Shown piece by piece: positions 26,634 to 47,591 of a DNA stretch of 64,000 nucleotides. Position 1 is the stretch's first letter. Each line of letters begins with the position of its first letter. The notes beneath the pieces were generated by a model. That model saw only the letters and a list, made by a program, of their open reading frames with translations. It was not told the DNA's origin and did no database searches. The translations under genes and the position numbers were made by a program. Source of the stretch: Amoebidium appalachense (lineage: Eukaryota; Protista; Ichthyosporea); assembly GCA_963693365.1 (NCBI GenBank), contig CAVNZM010000016.1:7423029-7487028 (forward strand), read 5' to 3'.

Positions 26634-27288
26634 CAAACAACAAACGGAAGCCTTGTTGTCATGTATGCACTGTCACGTAGGTAGGGTCGCCGTTTCCCTT
26701 CCGTAGCGTGACGTTTAAAGCTATTGTTCTATTATATGAGCCTCACACCCCAACATGTGCGCGGTCTTGAGTAGAGTGTGAGTTGTAGTTCTCAAGCTTA
26801 AGTGCAGGGTGCAATGTAACACCGGCTACCGTCACGAAAGTGTGCAGAGCTTGTGTTCAACTAAGTGACTGTCGAATGGGCTGAGATGGCAATATACTTA
26901 AGCAAGTCAAACAGAGCCCGAAAAATACTTGAATACACCAGGCGTGCAAATTGAAAGTAGCCTCAAACGCGTGCATGCTTGTTGATAAGATGGTTACTAT
27001 ATTAGTCACCACACAAAACGTCTCACATGTGTACAAACCACGGCCATCTAGAAACACCATGGCCGTGGTACAGACACAACTTGCCATGCCATGGTGGTGA
27101 TCATATGATGCAGAAGTAGCACAGCTTTGGGGCGGCGACAATCTGGTCAACACATCCAATCATATTTCAAGCTATAAATTGATAAAATCGACATGCATAG
27201 AGAAGATCATGCCATCCTCTGACCGCTCTGGCCGTTAGGCAAATGAACTTGGGAATGCATTTCCCGGGTTCGACAAACAAGGGCCGCG

Positions 27289-27833
27289 TACTGGTTCGAT
27301 TCGTGTGAAAAGCCAGATTGCCAGATTGCCAGAATGCCAGAATTTTGATGGCATTCCAGAAAGGCTAGATTTCGGTCCGGTTCTTGTAGAGCTAAAATCT
27401 AGCTTTTTGGGTCAAGAAGGCACTTGCCATTTTGCGCGGTAATAGAATATCTTGGCTTATCTTAATGAACAATAATAGTTTTGAAATATTATTTAAATAA
27501 TTTTTATTTTGTTAAATGGGCATTTATTACCAAGTTTTATGCATTTTTGAAAAGCTATACTAATAAGGCAAAACGCCTAGGATTGGATACGAACTTTATA
27601 TGGTGCTGGCGTGGCCAATCGTAAGGCGCAGGGTCAATCTGGCAATCTGGAAAGGGGGGGGGGGGGGTCGCCAGATTCTGGAATCTGGAAGAGGGGTCAA
27701 ATTGAATCTGGCCTTAAAATTTTGTTTAAATTTTACGTTCCGATTCGATTGATCGACGAATAACCATTTTTGGCGAGGCGGTTTTTAATCTGGCAATCTG
27801 GCAATCTGGCTTTTGACACGAATCGAACCACTG
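27289..27833. mobile_element. hAT-like MITE with long TIRs and GCCAGATT subterminal repeats
   Basis: TGGTTCGATTCGTGT(G/C)AAAAGCCAGATTGCCAGATTGCCAGA at both ends in inverted orientation; right end reads CAGTG. Confidence 0.85.
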
Positions 27834-28554
27834 TCTTGTAGGTGTGTTATTTGTACAATGCATGTATCATTTTTATTTGACACTTCAGCTTACCGACAGA
27901 CCACGGCATAACGGTATTAATTTTTATATATAAATAAGGTAAATGAGCTGCTGTAATGATGCGGCGAGTGCAAACGCCACAAACCGATTGCGATCCGATT
28001 CGGAAATTTCCCTGAACTTAGATCTCCGTGATATGAGCCGGCGCTTGCAGTTACCGGTCAAATAGGGGTAAAACAATAGCTTTAAAACAGAAAATGAACC
28101 ACACAGGAGAGCTTTCTAAAACTTTAAACATAGCACAAAAACATATACTCCATAATTGTCGAATGAGCCCCAAGGTCTAACTAAATTTCTCACTGACACA
28201 GTTTTTTTTTAGTATCACGCTGTGTGTCGAGCCACAAAAATGAAAGGAACTAGTGCAATCATGCACTTTAGAGGGAAAAAATAATAATGAATAAAATATA
28301 TTTAGTTTCTAGCATAGTGTATTTTCATTTCATAAAGATGTTTATGCCATATTTTTCTTGTTGTCTAAGGGCTCTAGTATCACTTTTTATTCCATATATG
28401 ACCCGACCGGCTGACCGAATTCGGACCCCTCCATAAGATAGCCGGTGTGGCGTATGACAACGCTCACGGCCATAAACCCTAAACCCTAGATGGCCGTGGA
28501 CAACGCTCAAGCTTCAACGGATGCACTCTGTAATCACGCATGCATCCTGCATTT

Positions 28555-29229
28555 GTGTGTGGTGAAACGGTGCACTCAAGCTTGCGAACTTAACGGATAA
28601 ACGAAGCACTTGTAGTTGTAGCCACCTGTGCAAACGCAAGGTAAAACCATGCACGTGCACTCGGCCGTGACTGCGTACCCCTGCAGTGAAAATATGCACT
28701 CGGCGTTCGATTCACTTGTGGTGAAAAGGTGCATCTTGCGATTATGTGTGGTGAAGCGCCACTCTGCAGTTTTGCGTGGTGAAACAATGCACTCACTAAA
28801 CCGTTGTTGTTCAATTATGCACTCTGAAATTTTATGTGGCGGACCATGCAATCCGATGTGTGGTGACACCAAACACATGTTACAATCCGACGTGGTGAAA
28901 CCATTCAAGCAAATCATTTGTGGCGGAGCCATGCTTACCTGCTATCATGTGGTAGAACCATGCACATCTGCACATGATCATGTGGTAGAACCATGCACAT
29001 CTGCAATCACTGATGTGGTGGAACCATTCACATCTGCAATCTGACGTGGTGGAACCGTGAATATCTGCTATCTCATGTGGTGGAACCATGCACATCTGCT
29101 ATCTGATGTGGAACCATGCACATCTGCAATTTGATGTGGTTGAACCACACTTTCTGTGAACTCTCGTGTGGTGAAACCAAGCCACCCTGTGCACTCGTGC
29201 ACGAGCCTTGGCTTCACCACCAGACACTG
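28555..29229. repeat. Degenerate ~30-bp repeat array (TGTGGTGGAACCATGCACATCTGC), probably a DNA-transposon subterminal region
   Basis: More than 12 GTGGT(G/A)(G/A)AAC motifs, ending in an inverted copy GGCTTCACCACCAGACACTG (CAGTG-type terminus). Confidence 0.6.
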
Positions 29230-29433
29230 ACACCCATTTTACACCCCAGACAAAGCAGCCAAACAACAGGAGCACGTTTGGTGGCTGCACCAGTCAGCCT
29301 GTGTGTTCTATTGCACAGAGTCGTATGTTTAAGAGGGACTAATGCCCGGGTGTTCGCGCGCGTGTGTGCACGCGCGCTTGTGACTAGTGCGTGCGTGTGT
29401 GTTTTGGGGGGGGGGGGGGGGGGGGTTGGTTTT

Positions 29434-29464
<31 letters not shown>

Positions 29465-29607
29465 AATATACCCCAGCAAAACACAAATTCTAAAAATAAA
29501 CCAGACTGTGAGGCACGTGGCCAATATCAAACCAGTGGCAGCCCGCCCACTACAAGAGTAGGCGTGCAGTTACCCTCTTCGTTTCATGCACACACAGATA
29601 GGCGGGG

Positions 29608-36476
<6,869 letters not shown>

Positions 36477-36824
36477 GGCTGCGTGCACGCAGGTGGGTGG
36501 AGTGGGTGGAGGTCGGTGGAGCCACGCGCGTGTCTGTCGCGCACTTCAGCAACAAGCCGTTCCTTCTCAACTGTTCGCGTGAGTTTTTTGTCGCAGATTT
36601 GACAGTCACGCGCAACTGACACAAAACGAAGGGCGTGCTAATAAACGAAGCAGAAGTGTGACCGGAGAAGTCGGAACACAGTCTTCTTTAGCAACGCAGC
36701 AACAGCGAATAGGAAGCCACCAAGATATACTTTATATGGCTTATCGTCTTTCATCGCTGTTTGCGCCATCAGGTCACTGACGTTAGAGCGCGCATGCGCA
36801 GCGCCGGTCGACCGCCCCCTGCAC

Positions 36825-36930
36825 TGCCCCCTCCCGGCCTTATAAACAGGTTAAAACACACGGCCTTTCATCTATTGCCCCCTCCCGGCCTTATAAACAG
36901 GCTAAAACACACGGCTTTTCATCGACATTG
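36825..36930. repeat. 52-bp tandem duplication upstream of the TMED gene
   Basis: TGCCCCCTCCCGGCCTTATAAACAGG(T/C)TAAAACACACGGC.TTTCATC occurs twice. Confidence 0.85.
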
Positions 36931-36999
36931 AAGCCTTTTCCCTCAGCCCACACTCTACATACAACGTCTCACATAAGCTCGTCTCTGATAGGTTTGCCT

Positions 37000-37031
<32 letters not shown>

Positions 37032-37106
37032 CCCCCCCCCCCCCCCCCCCTCGCCCCCCTCCCCCCTCCTCCCCGGTTCCGAAAATTTTAAAGACTGACC
37101 GACTGT

Positions 37107-37176
<70 letters not shown>

Positions 37177-37198
37177 GTGTGCGTGTGTGCGCGCGCGC

Positions 37199-37247
<49 letters not shown>

Positions 37248-37649
37248 GGGGGGGGGGGGGAGGGGGAGGGGGGGGGGGGGGGGGAGAGGGGGGGGGGGCG
37301 GGGAAGAGGGGGGGGGGGGGGGGGGGGTTACTAACAGGTTTCATTTAGGATTACAACTTTGATAATTCACCGTGATAGTATGAAATAAACAGTACTAATA
37401 TGCACTACTATTTTATTTGGAAAAAATTAAGATTCTAGGGGCTACCAAGAGCTGAGCCTGAAGAAAGAACAAGATAACGGAGAGGAGGGGGAGGAGAGAG
37501 GGGGGCGAGGGGGAGGGGAGAGGGGAGAGCCGAGGGATGCTCTGACTTCCTTATATACTCACCTCTCCCTTCTTTCCTTCCCTCTCTCTCTCCTTTTCCC
37601 CCGGGCACAAATACAAATAAACCCCGCAAAAGTGTGCGTGTGACTTTGG

Positions 37650-38204
37650 ACTGCCACTTACTTATTAGACATGTACACAATCACAAGATAATTACGCAAT
37701 ATAACAAATGGAAAAAGATACCACACGACACCAGACCCGATGAAAGCATACACCTTGAAAAACTAAAAATGTCTCGTTTTATATATAATGACCGCCATAA
37801 CCATATGGCCAAATATGACACTCGCAAATGTGTAACACCTAAATACATATTACCTTCCTGTAGAATTGGTCTTTCTCTAGCTGATGGTATTATTGATCAC
37901 ATACCATGCTTTTACTGCCAGTACACGTGCTATACAGTGGAGATCTAATAAGTATAAGGTGGCATCGTTTGCATGCCCAAACAACACACACACACACCAT
38001 TTTAAACGGTCATGTATCGCCAAATGTAGTTTGATAGACCACATAATACCGCAACACACACACGTCACATTCACAACAGACACCCAGAAAGATAGCCTAC
38101 CTGAAAATTACAACATCCTTGATTTTATACTAAACACGCGTATCTACGACCTGTTTATTAGATGTATTGATTGGCTTGAGAAACACATCATTACAAAATT
38201 CTAG
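37650..38204 (+). pseudogene. Non-LTR retrotransposon ORF2 C-terminal remnant followed by (CA)n
   Basis: QWRSN...CP...FKRSCIAKCSL...NILDFILN...Y motif shared with the 38334 and 47666 ORFs; frameshifted upstream. Confidence 0.6.
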
Positions 38205-38283
38205 CGCACACACACACACAAACACACACACACACACACACACACACAACCAGCTGATACCGAGTGTCCCAGGGGAGCCCGAA

Positions 38284-38317
<34 letters not shown>

Positions 38318-38333
38318 GGGGAACCCCAGCTAA

Positions 38334-38669
38334 TTGATTTTTCTTATGGATACCACCCTAGTAGATAAGTCTGTATGGTGCTCTGATGTTGATATTGCCT
38401 GGGAAGTTGTGCAGTGGCGCTGTAATTCTTGTTTTCATCGCCGCTGGTGCCACTTTTGTGCTGACCTTTTTAATCGCAAGCATGTTGATAGGTGTGAATT
38501 TTTATGTCGCGTTTTACCTCTTTCCCTCCGGGTATCTGCTACACTAGCTGGCAATGTGAACACTTTAGACTTTTTGTTGAATTCTGTAGGTCGTCACATT
38601 GAGTATTTATATGATTTTCACACAGTGTTCAGGTATCTCAGTATGCACTTGTTACTGGATAACTCGTGA
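38334..38669 (+). pseudogene. Non-LTR retrotransposon ORF2 zinc-knuckle remnant
   Basis: QWRCN...CHFC...FNRKHVDRC...NTLDFLLN (C-x2-C-x7-H-x3-C). Confidence 0.6.
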
Positions 38670-39077
38670 AGTTTTTATTGTCTTCTCAGTATGCCGTGCA
38701 TACTTGCATATCTTTCCGTCGAATAAATCCAGTCAAAAGATTTTTTTTCTTTTTTTTCTTAGTCTTTATGTGTCTCGTAGAGAAAGTAAACCCTGATATA
38801 TAATCATCACCCGACAGCTATGTACGTGATCATGATATACCGCTGAGGGGATATTCCGAGCAAAAACCCCCCATACCTGAGACTGGTCTCTCTTTGCCTC
38901 GAGTAAACAGCGTAAACCCCTTATATACTTCTGTGTGTGCAAACTTTGTGTGTGTGTGTGCATATTACACTGTGCGTACATCTGAACTTGCAAGCGTGTG
39001 CCACGGGTTGCGTTTAAGTTATATATGCAAGGTGAGTGTCAGTGTAGTACTACATGTCACAGTGTGTCTTGTGAGTG

Positions 39078-39204
<127 letters not shown>

Positions 39205-39598
39205 TGTGTGTGACACAGTGCGCGCGTGTGTGCACTAGTGTGCGTAATCGACTGGTGTGTGATTTGTGGTGGTTTCATTTTTTTTTTTTCGGTTTTTTTA
39301 TGTGCATATTTGTGATATGGTGTGTGTGTGTGGACGTGTAGATGTGTGAAGTCTGGGGACACTAGCTGTGTGCGGTTGTTTGCGTGCACGTGACACTGTA
39401 TGTGGTGCGCGGAGCACTGACAAAACCAAATTGCATCCCAAATATAATAATATGCGCCAAGTGACTTGGTTAATCAATCAAAATGTTTTTTAAAGCCCCA
39501 ATTGCAAACAAAACTGAACGAAACCTTAAAAACTGGGAACTCTTTTTTTTTTGCCGGGATGGGGGAGGCAGGAGGGGAGGGGAAGGGGAAGGGGGGGG

Positions 39599-39642
<44 letters not shown>

Positions 39643-39888
39643 AGTGCACACTTTGTGTACGATTTTTGGCTCACGTTTTCGGAAACGGCATGCATGCACA
39701 ATGTCATGGCCTTGCAGCCACTGCACGGCCGCAAGCACCCCCACCCCCCCCTCCAAAAAAAAAACAACAAAAAAAAGCCTCCACCTGTGCGAACCTAGCA
39801 TACATGCCCCGTGGTCAGGGGACCACCGCGGGGGGAGGGGGGGGGGGGAGGGAAGGGGGAGGAGGGGGAGGTTTGGGGGGGGGGGGGG

Positions 39889-39990
39889 AAGTAAAGATAC
39901 TGTGATAATGAACCCTACGGCCGAGAACCTTAAGGATCTAGACCCCATCCTCGATTGAGCTGTTATCTTAGAAGTGAGTGACCCCTGCAG
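39889..39990 (-). mobile_element. Family D short element
   Basis: Homologous to 21506-21598; adjacent to a G run. Confidence 0.7.
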
Positions 39991-40105
39991 TGTGTGTGCC
40001 GTTACCACGCTGCATAATCATAGAGGCTCCAAAGTCTTTCCGGAAGCCGTTGAACACTGTCAGAAGTGTGCACACAATAGAATGATTATCTAGGTTTCCC
40101 CTCCC

Positions 40106-40149
<44 letters not shown>

Positions 40150-41129
40150 AAAAAAAAAAAAAAAGAGGAAAAGAAAGAAAGAAAGAAAGGAAGAAAGAAC
40201 AGACTTCGTGGTGTGGCGTCACAAGGCCATTCACGTTAGTTATTGAAAGGCATGCACAACCGGCCACAGTTTTGTAGTGTCAGTGTACATGACTGAATAA
40301 ATCATCAAAGCACAGGCGGCTCGGGTGGAAGCTATGTACCCTGCAAGTACCATTTTTGGTTTGCTTTTCCCTTAACATTCGCCGTTCAAATTCGGGTCGC
40401 CGGGTGTACATCCATATTTTTATTCAGTGGCGGGATCATTGCACTTAATTGGCGGCTCCGCAGAAAAGGTCCCCCCTCCCCTCCCCTCCTCCTCCTCCCT
40501 CCCCACCCTCCCCCCCCCCATTTCCCCCTGTACCCTCCCCCCCCCCCCCTCCCCCCCTTTCCGGGCCGGGGCGGGTAAGCGCTGATGATTAAGTTATCCG
40601 GTGCAGCTACATAAGTGCCAACATGAGCCCCGGTTATTTTGCTGCACCTGGTAGTTTAGTGCAACCTCCAACACCACACCCACATTCCACCACCGGAGAT
40701 GAACCAATGAGACACCGCGCTTAAAGTTTAATCACAGGTTTTGAGTGGAGGGGAGCCTGGTGCTATGTACCCGCAGGCAAGGCTGGGGTGAAGAACCCTG
40801 GGCTAAGTGTGTACTAATAGTTAGGTAATTACAACCCTATTAGTGATGGTGTTTTGGCTTAAACTAATGGCACCATAGCACCCCAGATAGAGGATAGTTG
40901 GTGCTGGGTGGAAGAACGTTGAAGACGGTAGTTCTCCTAAGGGCCCCATTCGGGGTCCCTCCGGGAACAAAACGGACAAAGGGATAAAATGAAAAAAAAA
41001 GGTAGTCTGGTGCAAAGGCATAGTTGATCGTTGGTGGTGGGAAGGTTGAGAAGTTGAAACTGTCAGAGGCAAAAGTTCTAACTGAGTGGCATGCATGGCG
41101 GTGAGGGGAAAACCCGGACGTTGCCGTGG

Positions 41130-41161
<32 letters not shown>

Positions 41162-41323
41162 ATAGTATCCCTCGGCCGTGCTGCAGCCTCCCACATGTGT
41201 CCATATGTACCATCTACCGCCCAGGGTTAGACCTGCAACAGTGTGCTAGCTGTGTTTTTGAGCTTCGACACAGCCTACATGACAGTAAGAATAGCCATGT
41301 AGTGCTATTAAATCATGGTGGAT

Positions 41324-41370
<47 letters not shown>

Positions 41371-41517
41371 ATGCGCGCGCTCCCGTGTGTGTACTGTATG
41401 GTTACGGTTGGGGGGAGGGCGGGGGGGGGGGGGGGGGGGGGGGGAGAATGGGTAGTGAAAAAGAAACTTAGCCATACTCAAATCGACCGTCACGTAACTT
41501 AGGGCACAGCATATCCA

Positions 41518-41552
<35 letters not shown>

Positions 41553-42193
41553 CCTCCCCTCCCCTCTTAATCCCCGGGGTCAACCCGTGCCTATTCAAAT
41601 ACAAACTTCCTAGGCCAGGCCGACTGATCAGCATAGCACCTTTCATACGTGGTGGGGACCCTAACTGGCAGAGCGAAGCATCTCCCCCCCCACCAAACCA
41701 CTATCTTAGCGCACAAAAGGCCGGGTCCTACCACCTACCGACACGACCAGTTCTTAGTCAGTGCCCCCCCCCCCCCTCCCCCCCCCCCCCCCCCCCCCCA
41801 AAAAAAGGTGATAACGCAAGCCACCTGCCCCCGCCCCCGCCCCCCCCCTCCCCCCCCTCCCCCTCCCCCCCCCCAAAAGAAAATAAAAAAATTGGTGGCT
41901 CAACTCCACACACCCATCCTCCACCCTTTGCACATGGTGCATTTTTGCTTTTTTTTTTGTCCCTGGTCAACACTTCTATTTCTGGTTGGGCAGTCAGCAT
42001 TGCATTTCGATTCAGCCTTGTGCATGTGAATGCACGCAGTGGAAATGTTAGAATTGACACTGTCATGGTGTGTGCCCCCCATCCCCCCCCCCCCCCCCCC
42101 CCCCCTCCCTCCCTCCCCCCCCCCCCCCTCCCTCCCCCTCCCCCCCCCCCCCCTCCCTCCCCTCCCCCCCCCCCCCCTCCCCCTCCCCCCCCC

Positions 42194-42226
<33 letters not shown>

Positions 42227-43211
42227 GGGTAGCACGTAAGTATCTCAGAGTCACAGTGGTGTAAGGTAGCACTCTTAATGACCGACTGAGACCTGTCAGC
42301 TGTGTCTCACGTATGAACTTCTCCCACAGGGAGGAATTCACATTCGGCTGGGGACCAGACAATTCCAGATGGAAACCGGATATTGTCATTGGTCTACTAC
42401 AAATAGACACTATAGTCTGATTGGTCACCACATGGCTAAATAGGATTGGCCCTACGCCAAACGATCCCTACCGGCTATACCCGCACTTATACCATATATG
42501 GTAAGTATGGTTTGGAGGCATGGGGATGATGGCATCACTAGATGGAGTGTGGCTTGCTCATACACATGCACACCCATGATACTTTATCCCCCCCCCCCCT
42601 CCCCCCCCATCCCCCCCTCCTGCCGCTCCTCTCTCATCCCCCCATCTCCCCCCCCCCCCCCCCCTCCCCCCCCCCCCCCCCCGCCCTACCCCTCTCCTTC
42701 GGTGTACGCGCATAGCTATGTTTCTGACACAAGGGCGGGTAGTGATAGTGCATTGGGTAATGGTATAAAAGCCCGTGATTGAATCATGCGTGCATCCTGT
42801 GTGTGCGAGCAAGCATGCATATGTACGTGTGCGTGTATCTATTGTTCCTGAGTGCGTGCTCCTGTAGATACTGCACTTGCATCACACACACCCCACTCAG
42901 ACGGTAGATCCCAGATCCCCCCCCCCCCCCCCCCCCCCCTCCACAGGTCCCCTTTCTCATCCCCCTGCCCTCCCTTGGTTGGGCCGTGAGTGGGTGGGTA
43001 GGTGGAGGAGACAGGTTGGGGTGCGGTGTGCGAGATGGGTGCGTGTGTGTGTGTGTGTGCCAGTGTGTGTGTGTGGGCAGGGCCGGGGGGGAGAGGGGAG
43101 AGGGGAGGGGGGGGGGGGGGAAGTACACATACACATATACACAGGCCTGTGCCCTGGGCGAACAGAAATAATATTAGAGCCACGTGTGTGCGTGTGTGCG
43201 TGCGTGTGTGC

Positions 43212-43257
<46 letters not shown>

Positions 43258-43517
43258 ATGGTGCCGCTGTGGGTGTTACGATACGTAGGATCATGTGTCA
43301 CATCATTTTCTACGTAGGATCATGTGTCACATCATTTTCAAATTTGTGTGTGTGTGTGTGTGCGTGCGCGCGTTTGTGCGTGCACGTATATTTGTACGTG
43401 TGTGCGCACACCTGTGCAACACACGGTGCTTTTTTTTGGTGTGTCTGTGTAATGGCACGTGTGCGCGTGTGTGCGGGTATGTGCACTTTATGCCTCGAGT
43501 TTGCAGCGTAAAGCCCC

Positions 43518-43566
<49 letters not shown>

Positions 43567-43643
43567 TGTGTGAGTGTGATACATGTATGCGTGATTCTGC
43601 ATGTGTGAATGTGTGCCAAGGTGTGCATCTGTGTTCGTGTGCG

Positions 43644-43688
<45 letters not shown>

Positions 43689-43782
43689 CTGTATGTGCGT
43701 ATGCGGGTGTGTGTGTGTGTGCGTGTTAGTATGTGTGTGTGTGTGTGTGTGTTTCACAGTGTGTGCGTGTGTGCACGTGTAT

Positions 43783-43827
<45 letters not shown>

Positions 43828-43913
43828 TGTGTGTGTGTGTGCGTGTATGTGTATGTGTGTGTGTGTATGTGTGTGCGTGCGCGTACATGTGTGTGTATGT
43901 GTGTGTGTGCCAC

Positions 43914-43989
<76 letters not shown>

Positions 43990-44936
43990 CGTTGAAGGAG
44001 TCCGACGCTGTAAGTATGTGGAACGTGGGTTCGTGTACAACAATTATAACGCTATATTAGCGACCTCTGCCACACAGGCTGAAAAATCTTGGTTGTGAAG
44101 CTCGTGCAAACACCGTGCCACACAGACACAACCCCTGTACAGCACCTTGACCCAGAGCTCGTGCCATCGTAACACATGGGTAGGTAACGTACAACAGGTA
44201 CAAAAAAAATAATTGTCTTTGCGTTATAGTGAGCTTGTTGTGTGTCAAAGGAAGCATGGTCCTTGGGGTATTACACGGAAAGCAACAAGCCCACCAGGAC
44301 AACAGACCGTTACGACGCGTGTATGTCTGCAATAAATGTTGGTGTCCCGTTCCGGAAGTGTTGGAACAGTTGGGTTTCGTAGCTGGAGGCTGATTGGTCA
44401 ACTAACCAAAAGGAATTTCGGCGGGGCATTTCGATGATTTGATTGGGTGCAACAAACTTTAGTGACCAATTGTAATTCAGTGTGTATACTATTGGTCCAG
44501 TAATCCGTCAATACAGTTTTATTGGGTGTAACCAAATATGGAGAAGAATGCAGAGCGAAAAGCCACGGATTTTCTGTGAGCCAGAATCCTTATGCGAAAA
44601 ACATACAAGAGGGTTTATATAAGACATTCATTTCAAAAGAACTTTTATTAGAAATGATGCTTATGATTTCTGTATAAAGACTGAAGCTAGTTCAAAGAAG
44701 ATGGTTCGCACTAGCCTGGTGTACTGCTGGCAGAGGAAGTGTGAGCTATGATTGGATAACTGTCACTGCTATTTGATGCCGCATTGTCAGAGAGGCTCAC
44801 CAGCAGCAGCCGGCGATAAAAACTCCCTGCCCGCGCCTGCCACCCCACACAATTCAAACACTGTGTGTTCAGCAACAACTTCAGACTTGACCCTTACACA
44901 CCCATCAGCCCTAGTGTTTTCTAGCCATAGACCAAG

Positions 44937-45549
44937 ATGATGTTCAGCAGAGTAGTTGTTGCTGCGACCCTAGCGGCAGTTGCGCAACATGTGCACAGCG
45001 TGCCGGTGCGCGTTGCACCCGGGCAGGACATGATGCTGCAGGTGGGCAGCGGGCAGGACGTCTACCGGGTGGTGCCCATTATTGCCGCCAACAGTGCAGA
45101 CACAGCCATGGTGGCCCCACAGGGCAAGAGGGTGGTCGTCACGGTCACCACTGAGCGCGGCGGCATCACGGCACCGTTCAGGCGCATGCTGCAGCGGCTG
45201 CTGCCTGCATCCATTCGAGATAGGATTGGTGGGCCCGTGAGGAACGAGGTGTCGGTGCCAATTTCTACGGGCCAGCAGGTGAGTGGACTAGGGGTAGGGG
45301 TGTGTGCAGGTTGGGTGTACGGAGGAGAAAAGCTATGAGGCATTAATGAAATGGAAAGTGCTGTGGAAGTGTCGCTGTATGTGATGACTTCTGGATACCA
45401 AGCCTTACTTTGTTGAGCTGGCTCATTTCTTGTCATGGCTGTAATGTGAATGTTTTCGAATTCGTGGTGCCGGATTCTTCTTCTTCTTCTTTTTTTCCCA
45501 TTCTGTATTTCTATTTGTATTTCTGGGGGGGGGGGGGGGGGGAGGGGAA

Positions 45550-45583
<34 letters not shown>

Positions 45584-46085
45584 AATGCGTATGCGAGTCA
45601 ATGAACCATCTGAATATGCCTCGTGGATTGTGATTCGTGCGGGTAATTGGTAGTAGTGAAGGCCACCTGACGGATTTAGCCTTCAAGTTGTGCAAACAAA
45701 TGGCTCCTTCCCATACCCATATCCACCAAGGTATACCGGCCAGACCACTAACTGAACACTGTGTGCACAGGGCAAGAGTGTTGTGGAGATCACGGTGACC
45801 CACCGCAACACATTCCTGCAGGTGCTGAGCCTGTTTGTGTTTGCCCTCAGCCTGGCCCTCTTTGCCGCCGTCTGGTGCGGCTGTGCATTCCACTGCGGCC
45901 CGGCCCCAGATGGTGAGGTGGAGTTTGAGCTGCGGTTCGGCAACCAATCAGAAAGCGTGAATGCCCAGTTTGTGCATGCCGCAGACTCGGATGATGAAGA
46001 CGATGAGGGGGTGGTGGTGGTCGGCACGGTGCCAGCCAGCCAACAAAAGGGAAAGAGTGTGGCTACATCGGTTGTCGTTGCATAG
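44937..46085 (+). CDS. Orphan type-I membrane protein, ~218 aa (exons 44937-45278, 45771-46085)
   Basis: Signal-peptide-like N-terminus, CAG|GTGAGT donor, CACAG|GGC in-phase acceptor, TM segment FLQVLSLFVFALSLALFAAVWCGC, acidic tail; GC3-rich codon usage like the neighbouring genes. Confidence 0.75.
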
Positions 46086-46752
46086 ACAGAGGTTGTATAG
46101 ATGTTGTATATATAGAGATGTTGTGTACATAATAGATGTTGTTTGTATATAACTAGGCTTTCAAAGAATCTCCTCGCATTCTAACTATTGCCGGCAGGGC
46201 GAGGTATCTCAACAAATGTATGTATGACCCGGTGAATCGAATGAACATTGCTGGCACACTTAACAGTATCTAAGGTCTGGTTGTTTTGTGTTTAACAAAC
46301 ATGACAGTAAGGTTTCGTTTCTTCGAAACGGATGCAAGACTATGTCGAAATATGAACAGTAGTTGGATATACCGGTCTGCACCAGTACCCTCCCAGGGCA
46401 TAGATTGATTGCTGGTGACGCTATTTCCACCATTAGAAGCCGAACATGAACACGTGCATGTGTATGTTCCGGGAGGCAACTCTGGCATCTCCCCCCCCCC
46501 CCCCCCCCCCCCCGGGGGCCCCCCTCCTCCCCCCTCCGTACCCCGTCGCCCCACCACCTACGTGAACACTAACATCCGTTTGTGTCGGCCTTGCATACAG
46601 AAAGGGGTGTGTGTGTGTGTGGTGTGTGTGTGTGTGTGTGTTTGTGTGCGTGTGTGTGTGTGTGTGTGTCTGAGTGTGTGTGTTTGGTCATGTGGGTGCA
46701 AAGTGTAAGTGTTTTGGAAAAATCGCACTCAACACTCCCAATATAATGGCCT

Positions 46753-46809
<57 letters not shown>

Positions 46810-46940
46810 ACACAGACACACAGACATACATGCATATGTACACTGCACACGCAATTGCGCATCTATGCAACAACCCCGCACGCATATAGACACAGTCACA
46901 TGTACACAAACACATGTGGAAATGTGTGTGCGTGTGCGAG

Positions 46941-47040
<100 letters not shown>

Positions 47041-47071
47041 CACAGCCTATCGTGTGTGTGTGTGCACAGCA

Positions 47072-47111
<40 letters not shown>

Positions 47112-47192
47112 ACGTGCCACGGTGTTCGTGTGTATGACATTGTGTATATATGCATGTTAGGCGTGAATCAGGTAAAATTGAGTGCGTCCGTG

Positions 47193-47232
<40 letters not shown>

Positions 47233-47240
47233 TGTCTGTC

Positions 47241-47315
<75 letters not shown>

Positions 47316-47514
47316 ATAGCATTGTGAACGAGGTCGTGTTTGTGCGTGTGGGGGGCCCGTGTTTGGTACGTAAGTGTGTGTGTGTACTACACAGTGTGAA
47401 TGTACATGTGTAAGTGCTGTGTGCGTTGTGTTCGTGTGTGTGTGTAGTGGTGATGGTGGTGGTGATGCATGGGATGGTGGTGGTTGGGTGGGTAGATCGG
47501 TCGTAGGTTAAAGG

Positions 47515-47591
<77 letters not shown>

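Noticed and set aside
28860-29180. CRISPR-like repeat array
   Set aside because: Degenerate units nearly abut with no unique spacers, there are no cas genes, and the context is eukaryotic.
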